From Bugula neritina (Eukaryota; Animalia; Bryozoa): a DNA stretch of 64,000 nucleotides. Below, one piece after another: positions 56,311 to 64,000 of the stretch (its first letter is position 1; every line of letters begins with the position of its first letter). The stretch spans positions 558,001-622,000 of the forward strand of contig OZ037766.1 of NCBI GenBank assembly GCA_964035545.1, given 5' to 3'. The position numbers and the translations under genes are program-made. A model generated the notes under the pieces. That model did not search any database. It saw only the letters and a program-made list of their open reading frames with translations, and was not told the origin of the DNA.

Positions 56311-57139
56311 GAGCTGACTTATAAGCAATATCTATGGAGTTAATAACCTTCATAAGATTGAGTTAGTTGTAATGTTTAGTGCTCTGAACATTAGTTTAAC
56401 ATACTTATACGCTAGTCACTATGCCTTCTCATTATAGATAATCTTATCTGCCTAAGTTTTCACCAAAATGATTTATACCTGGTTTAGCTTATGAACTTTG
56501 GTTACCAGAGAGTATTTAACGAATATCATTCAAGTATTCTGTGTCTACTTTGAACTTGAATCATTTCCTCAAATGTTTAAACTGATTCAAGTTCGTAGCA
56601 CTTTTTAGCCGAGTCTAGATTTTGTTCAAGTTTTTTTTTTATTTTAATGTAAGACTTAACAAAACCAGTTTTAGTCATAAAAGCCTCTAAAGCCCTGCTT
56701 CCTCAGGGAGGTTTGTATGCGAGGTGTTAGAAGTCTCTCACTTTACGAATAAACCAGCCCCACATGCTATAAACAACTCACTTTGTATACTTCTGTTCCT
56801 CATCATTCCTTTGGCTCTGGTGTCTTTGCAGATTGCTGTGGCTTTTTGGAAAAATATCGATACGAAATGTTTTAAATCAAAAATACTTGTTTGAATTAGA
56901 TATTGATTGGAAATGAATACATTCAAAAGGAGGTTTGTTTCTTTCACGTGTAGTGATGAAATATTAATGGACCTGATCAAGTAACAAATTCTCTCCTTTG
57001 ACATTATATTCATGGTACTTTCTTTAAACTTCCAAGACGAAACACATTCTATTTCAATAAATGCTTCAAATCATATTGAAAGAGTCACCAAATCCTTCAT
57101 CTTAGGAATCTGACTGTAGAAGTGTGTTCAGTTAATCTG

Positions 57140-57576
57140 CATCCATAACCAGTAACCATGTGATAGGGTCGTAGAGTAAACTACATACATAACCAGTAAC
57201 CATGTGATAGTGTCGTAGAGTAAACTACATACATAACCAGTAACCATGTGATAGGGTCGTAGGGTAAACTACATCCATAACCAGTAACCATGTGATAGGG
57301 TCGTAGAGTAAACTACATCCATAACCAGTAACCATGTGATAGGGTCGTAGAGTAAACTACATCCATAACCAGTAACCATGTGATAGGGTCGTAGAGTAAA
57401 CTACATCCATAACCAGTAACCATGTGATAGAGTCGTAGGGTAAACTACATCCATAACCAGTAACCATGTGATAGGGTCGTAGGGTAAACTACATCCATAA
57501 CCAGTAACCATGTGATAGGGTCGTAGGGTAAACTACATCCATAACCAGTAACCATGTGATAGGGTCATAGGGTAAA
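57140..57576. repeat. 44-bp minisatellite, about 10 copies
   Basis: Unit CATCCATAACCAGTAACCATGTGATAGGGTCGTAGRGTAAACTA. Confidence 0.95.
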
Positions 57577-59152
57577 TCAACAGATATTTATTATTACATT
57601 TGGTTTCGTGCTGCCATAACTTCTATCATTGGAGTTATCTTGTCATCTCTCATATCTACGGGGAAATTCTCTTCAGATATAGATGACTATATAGGAAGCT
57701 GTTATATTATTCACATGGTCATAGTGACATATTAATCTCCCTAAACCAAATTGTTGCAAAATTTCTGCTCAAGGAACTGCTTTCCCAGTTTATAGCTTCT
57801 TTTTTGCCAACTTTAAAGATAGCTCGCTACTAATATAGCTTAACTGTATATATACTCAAACTTTTGTTTGTAATATTTGGCTATGAAATTGAATACCGTA
57901 ATGGTTATTTATCATTTGCATTAAATATCGATAACGTAGCATATTAATATCAAACTAAAGAAAATTCGATATTTATGTTATTTATTTGTTAAATAAATAT
58001 TTGTGAAGTTACATGTTATTTGATGTCTCCTTTAACATGAATAAAACATGTCGTATTTGTGAAATGTTGAGTAAAAGAACGGTAAATCAAATTACATGCT
58101 CAAATACAACTTGTAAACCCATATGCTTTCACATTTGAACAATAAAATACACCAGAATTTGCGCTATCAAAATTCATGTTTCAAACAAACAGATGAAGTT
58201 TCAATATTTGTATTCATGAAATATTGTTTTAAGAATTTCTCGAGTATTTAATCATCAGATATTACTAATAATTTATTCATATGTTTGAGTCAATTGTAAA
58301 CATTTGCAATAATTTTATTCAAAGACAAAAACCAACAATAATTTTCAAAATCAATTCATTACATTTGTATACCTAGAAAATATTATAGTATTACGCAATT
58401 TACAAAAATATTGGAATTTATATATGACTGGTAATAATGAGTGCATCATACAAAAATAATGTTTATTACGAAATAGAATGTCATTTTAGCTAGCCAAATC
58501 TACAACAGCTGTTCTCTGTGTGAAAGTGAGAAATCTTTTGAGAATAGTTGCTAGTTGAGAGTGAAAACAAAAAAATAACTTGTAGTATTAGAGAAAAATT
58601 AATTTTCATGCATTGTAAAACTCTTTAATTTCTAAAACTGAACGTTTGGAACTGCAAATTTTCAGACATGGTTATTTCCACATTTCAAAATCTGTTGTCT
58701 TGTTAGCTGTGAGAAACTCACAATTTCTACACTATACTATGATAATATATAATATATAATACCTACACTATGCACTATACTATAATAATATATTATATAT
58801 AATACCTAGACTATACACTATACTATGATAATATGTTCAATACAGCACTCATTTACTGATATGCCAGCAGCTGACACATGATGGGGAACTTCACACTGTT
58901 CACCCCAGAAGTCTTGAGCGGTATGGTAGATAATTACATTTAGAGTGGAGTAATTACAATGTAGTTGGTATGATGCTGTCATGTGGGGTGTTATAATTAT
59001 ATTATGTATAGTAATATAGTAACAACAATGTATCTATTATTATATTAGTTGGGGTAGTTTAGGCCACAGAGTAAGGTTCTGTGTTTGTGAGAGTTTATCT
59101 CCTAATGCCTTCAGTTAACTGTGATGTGAAGCTGTATGTATGTGGAGTATAA

Positions 59153-60502
59153 GTAAGTACTGTATAGTAATAGTAAGTACTGTATAGTAATAGTAAGTAC
59201 TGTATAGTAATAGTAAGTACTGTATAATAATAGTAAGTACTGTATAGTAAGTACTGTATAGTAATAGTAAGTACTGTATAGTAATAGTAAGTACTGTATA
59301 GTAATAGTAAGTATTGTATAGTAATAGTAAGTACTGTATAGTAATAGTAAGTACTGTATAGTAATAGTACTGTATAGTAATAGTAAGTACTGTGTAGTAA
59401 TAGTACTGTATAATAATAGTAAGTAATGTATAGTAATAGTAAGTACTGTATAGTAATAGTAAGTACTGTATAGTAATAGTAAGTACTGTATAGTAATAGT
59501 AAGTACTGTATAGTAATAGTAAGTATTGTATAGTAATAGTAAGTACTGTATAGTAATAGTAAGTACTGTATAGTAATAGTAAGTACTGTATAGTAATAGT
59601 ACTGTATAGTAATAGTAAGTACTGTATAGTAATAGTACTGTATAGTAATAGTAAGTACTGTATAGTAATAGTACTGTATAGTAATAGTAAGTACTGTATA
59701 GTAATAGTAAGTATTGTATAGTAATAGTAAGTACTGTATAGTAATAGTAAGTACTGTATAGTAATAGTAAGTACTGTATAGTAATAGTACTGTATAGTAA
59801 TAGTACTGTATAGTAATAGTAAGTACTGTATAGTAATAGTAAGTACTGTATAGTAATAGTAAGTATTGTATAGTAATAGTAAGTACTGTATAGTAATAGT
59901 AAGTACTGTATAGTAATAGTAAGTACTGTGTAGTAATAGTAAGTACTGTATAGTAATAGTAAGTACTGTATAGTAATAGTAAGTACTGTATAGTAATAGT
60001 AAGTACTGTATAGTAATAGTAAGTACTGTATAGTAATAGTAAGTACTGTATAGTAATAGTACTGTATAGTAATAGTAAGTACTGTATAGTAATAGTAAGT
60101 ACTGTATAGTAATAGTAAGTACTGTGTAGTAATAGTAAGTACTGTATAGTAATAGTAAGTACTGTATAGTAATAGTAAGTACTGTATAGTAATAGTAAGT
60201 ACTGTATAGTAATAGTAAGTACTGTATAGTAATAGTAAGTACTGTATAGTAATAGTAAGTACTGTATAGTAATAGTAAGTACTGTATAGTAAGTACTGTA
60301 TAGTAATAGTAAGTACTGTATAGTAATAGTAAGTATCATATAGTAATAGTAAATACTGTATAGTAATAGTAAGTACTGTATAGTAATAGTAAGTACTGTA
60401 TAGTAATAGTAAGTACTGTATAGTAATAGTAAGTATTGTATAGTAATAGTAAGTACTGTATAGTAATAGTACTGTATAGTAATAGTAAGCACTGTATAGT
60501 AA
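59153..60502. repeat. 20-bp minisatellite (GTAAGTACTGTATAGTAATA), about 68 copies
   Basis: Starts at GTAAGT 59153 and ends about 40 bp before the acceptor at 60540. Confidence 0.95.
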
Positions 60503-60553
60503 TTTAGTAAGTATATAGAGTAAGTATTGGTGTATTTCAGGCAGTGATGAAGG

Positions 60554-62916
60554 ATGCAGTGCTGTTTGGAAAGACGAGAAAGAACTCTGGCTATTCTGAT
60601 GGTTATAGGGGCGTGTCTATCTACGTCCCTTCTGGTTATTGCCATATCTAGTGACCACTTAGTATACTGTTATGAGAAGTATGGGGGACCTACTGAGGGC
60701 GTCCCCAACCTCCTCCCTAATGTCACAAGCATCTACGTCATGACAAACTTCGGCTACTGGAGGGCTTGCAGTCAGTTCACAGGTTTGGTTATGAAGTAGC
60801 TTTATCTGTTAGCCCTTTCCTGCAGACGTACTTCTATCAGCTCTGCTCACATCTCTATCTGTTCTGGTCACATCTCTATCTGTTTTGGTCACATCTCCAT
60901 CTGTTCTGGTCACATCTCCATCTGTTCTGGTCACATCTCCATCTGTTCTGGTCACATCTCCATCTGTTCTGGTCACATCTCCATCAGTTCTGCTCACATC
61001 TCCATCTGTTCTGGTCACATCTCTATCTGTTCTGGTCACATCTCCATCTGTTCTGGTCACATCTCCATCTGTTCTGGTCACATCTCCATCAGTTCTGCTC
61101 ACATCTCCATCTGTTCTGGTCACATCTCTATCTGGTCTGGTTTGGTTGGACTATTGCTACTCTTCTTGCAGCAAACCACCAAACTCACACAAGTTATCAC
61201 GCTGCAGTTAGCTGTGTGTGTCACTCAGTTGTATTTGAGCAGGAATTTGGAGTTATAGTCTCTCATTCATGTGTATGCCAGAGATACTAGCTTCAATGTG
61301 TGCATCTCTATTGTACGTGGGAGTTATTCTCTCTTCAACCACATTTGTGAGGTATGGGAAAGAGCCTAGAGTGGATTTTATTAGATGTGTGACAGGGAAT
61401 ATGTATGTCTGACAGTGTAGAATATCTAACAAGGTAAGCAGCAGCATTGACTATTATACAACACTGCTGCTGCTGCTGCTACTGCTGCTGCTGCTACTGC
61501 TGCTGCTGCTGGGTAACTGGTTGATCCTGCTGTATCTAATGCTGTATGTCTGTGCTGTCTGACAATGGGTCAAAATTTAACAAAATTCCTCAGCTATCTA
61601 CGTAGTTATGTTACTGTGTCATCAGTACATCATATAGTCATTGACTGTATTTTATTCGAAGAGATAGTTGTGAAAGAACAGAACCTGCGTATTTCTATCT
61701 CTTCCTAGAAAGAACACAACTCCAACATAAACTGAGTAACTGTGAAAGTTCATTACTGTTTCCTTATAACATGGACTGACACCTCACTCTGACACCTCAC
61801 TCTGACACCAGCCAATACCTCACACCGACACCAGATGACACCTCACTGTGACATCAGCTGACACCTCACTGTGGCACCTGCTGACACCTCACTCTGACAC
61901 CAGCTGACACCTCACTCTGACACCAACTGACACCTCACTCTGACACCAGCTGACACCTCACTCTGACACCTATGTTTGTGTCTATTGCCAACACAGTATA
62001 CATGATACTATATTATTTTGTGTCATATTTCAAATCTACCCCTGACTCATTTCACAGATGCCGATGGCACTTCTGTCACATTCTCTGTGAACGTCACGTG
62101 TCACGCTATTCCTTGGCAAGTCTCTAAAAAGGCTGTAGCTGTGGAAAACTCTGAAGGGGAAACAACTCTCACGTCTGCAGTCCTGGGTGAGTATACTGTA
62201 TACTCTGTCATAGCTGTTAGTATACTCTGTCATAACTGTTAGTATACTGTATACTCTGTCATAACTGTTAGTATACTCTGTCATAGCTGTTAGTATACTC
62301 TGTCATAGCTGTTAGTATACTCTGTCATAACTGTTAGTATACTGTATACTCTGTCATAGTTGTAGTCCTAAGATAAGATTGCGTAATGAAACTTTAAAAA
62401 AATTTTCAGTGTTTCACCAGCTTTTTGAGGTAAAATTGAACTTGACTTGGCCAACTTGAAGAACATGACTTGAGAGACTTGAGCAACTTGACTTGTGACA
62501 TAATTTAGTTGTTTTATATTTCACTGCCTGCCTTTACCTTGTGTTATACTCCAGACACTGTTGGTAGTATGTTCAGTTCCCCAGTTGTATTCAGTATGCC
62601 GTTTGACAAGTATGTTGTATTCTATCTCGATTCAAAAATGCTGTACCATTCATCAGGCAATTTCTTTATTCAGATGTAGTAGTTATCTTTCCTTTGTCAT
62701 GATTTTACTTTTAATCAGATAGCTAGATACAAAATGATAAATGTAGTTATAGGTACGTTACTGTTGCAGGACACGTAATGATAAAGGTAGTATTTGCTCT
62801 GACACTAATGGGACTATTCGTGCAGGTGGTTGGTCATGTGACCTGTCTCATTCACCACAGAAGGCAGCGGTCTAACTCCTGTATGTTCATCACCGGCGTG
62901 TGGTACGTCACTTCAG
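60554..62916 (+). CDS. PMP22/claudin-superfamily tetraspan membrane protein (CACNG/clarin-like); 5' part only, continues beyond the window
   Basis: Exons 60554-60782, 62058-62186, 62770-62916, all phase 1. TM1 LAILMVIGACLSTSLLVIAISSD; extracellular-loop signature FGYWRAC...C; further hydrophobic helices in exon 3. Confidence 0.8.
60835..61135. repeat. 21-bp minisatellite (CTGTTCTGGTCACATCTCCAT), about 14 copies
   Basis: Direct reading. Confidence 0.95.
61776..61970. repeat. About 23-bp minisatellite (CTGACACCTCACTCTGACACCAG)
   Basis: Direct reading. Confidence 0.85.
62189..62360. repeat. 23/30-bp repeat abutting the donor at 62187
   Basis: AGTATACT(GTATACT)CTGTCATARCTGTT, about 6 copies. 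Confidence 0.85.
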
Positions 62917-62965
62917 GTGAGTAGTATGTCACCTCAGGTGGGTAGTATGTCACCTCAGGTGGGTG
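62903..62965. repeat. 21-bp repeat x3 copying the exon end and donor at 62916/62917
   Basis: GTACGTCACTTCAG|GTGAGTA followed by GTATGTCACCTCAG-GTGGGT twice. Confidence 0.9.
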
Positions 62966-63473
62966 TGGTTATTATATACCGTATACTGTAGTATTATATA
63001 CAGTATACTGTAGTATTATATACAGTATACTGTAGTATTACTCTCTACATTAGTCTATGAACTCATACTTTAACATTACGTGGTGTACCATGACCTTTTA
63101 TAAAGTATTAATAGAACATGTGAAACTTCTCTCTTCATAACATGTCCGTCAACTGCTGACAGACTGTCAGTTGAGCAATATGCTGCCGATTAGGTAATAT
63201 GCTGCCGTGCGTTACCAGCACATGCAGCAGAACGTGAAGTCTGCACATGTGCACAAGTCTAGAGTTATTGTAACTCAGCCCGAGTATCACTCTGTAGTGC
63301 TGACTATTGATTCTGTTATGTGGTTGTAACCTGCGGTGTGTTGGGAGCACCACAGCATCTATTAAATGTTATACAATTTGACATTTCATGTATATTAGTT
63401 GTAATATCAATAAATTAACCAATAAATATGCACCACTATGCAGTTCACGTGAACTTTAGCTGCATTACCACAT

Positions 63474-63930
63474 TATTCCATCCTCTCTGTATTCCATCCT
63501 CTCTGTATTCCATCCTCTCTGTATTCCATCCACTCTGTATTCTATCCTCTCTGTATTCTATCCACTCTGTATTCTATCCTCTCTGTATTCTATCCTCTCT
63601 GTATTCTATCCTCTTTGTATTCCATCCTCTCTGTATTCCATCCTCTCTGTATTCTATCCACTCTGTATTCCATCCTCTCTGTATTCTATCCTCTCTGTAT
63701 TCCATCCTCTCTGTATTCCATCCTCTCTGTATTCCATCCTCTCTGTATTCTATCCTCTCTGTATTCTATCCTCTCTGTATTCCATCCTCTCTGTATTCCA
63801 TCCTCTCTGTATTCTATCCTCTCTGTATTCCATCCACTCTGTATTCCATTCTCTCTGTATTCTATCCTCTCTGTATTCCATCCTCTCTGTATTCCATCCT
63901 CTCTGTATTCTATCCTCTCTGTATTCTATA
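63474..63930. repeat. 16-bp minisatellite (TATTCYATCCTCTCTG), about 28 copies
   Basis: Direct reading. Confidence 0.95.
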
Positions 63931-64000
63931 TTTATCATACATCTGGCGGTTTATGGCCCTTTAGTATGAATTGTAAAATATGGAGTATTTTCAATTATTT

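Noticed and set aside
59095-60645. 516-aa Tyr/Leu-rich ORF
   Set aside because: Translation of the 20-bp array.

Overview
This is AT-rich, intron-rich animal genomic DNA; an invertebrate source is my inference and the species cannot be read from the sequence. I assembled eight spliced gene models by hand, all with GT-AG introns and consistent phases. (1) A 13-exon LRRC74-like LRR + EF-hand gene (+, 1972-28784). It hosts two nested antisense genes: (2) a 213-aa protein with an unassigned N-terminal domain fused to a BRI3-like Cys-rich domain (5738-10024), and (3) a MADF-BESS factor (13232-15786). (4) An unassigned 270-aa gene (-). (5) Cathepsin F (+). (6) STAMBP/AMSH (-), carrying an intact full-length LINE in intron 3. 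(7) A PAN/apple + F-type-lectin-like gene (-). (8) The 5' part of a claudin/PMP22-superfamily gene (+). Four MITE-like elements and many minisatellites are also present. Two signals stand out. The first is a 202-bp perfect palindrome in a (TA)n tract that encodes a complete type I hammerhead ribozyme on each strand (8245-8446), inside introns of two opposite-strand genes. The second is a window-wide pattern in which minisatellites start at splice sites and copy them, up to about 84 tandem in-frame acceptors in one STAMBP intron. All family assignments come from recalled motifs, not database searches.
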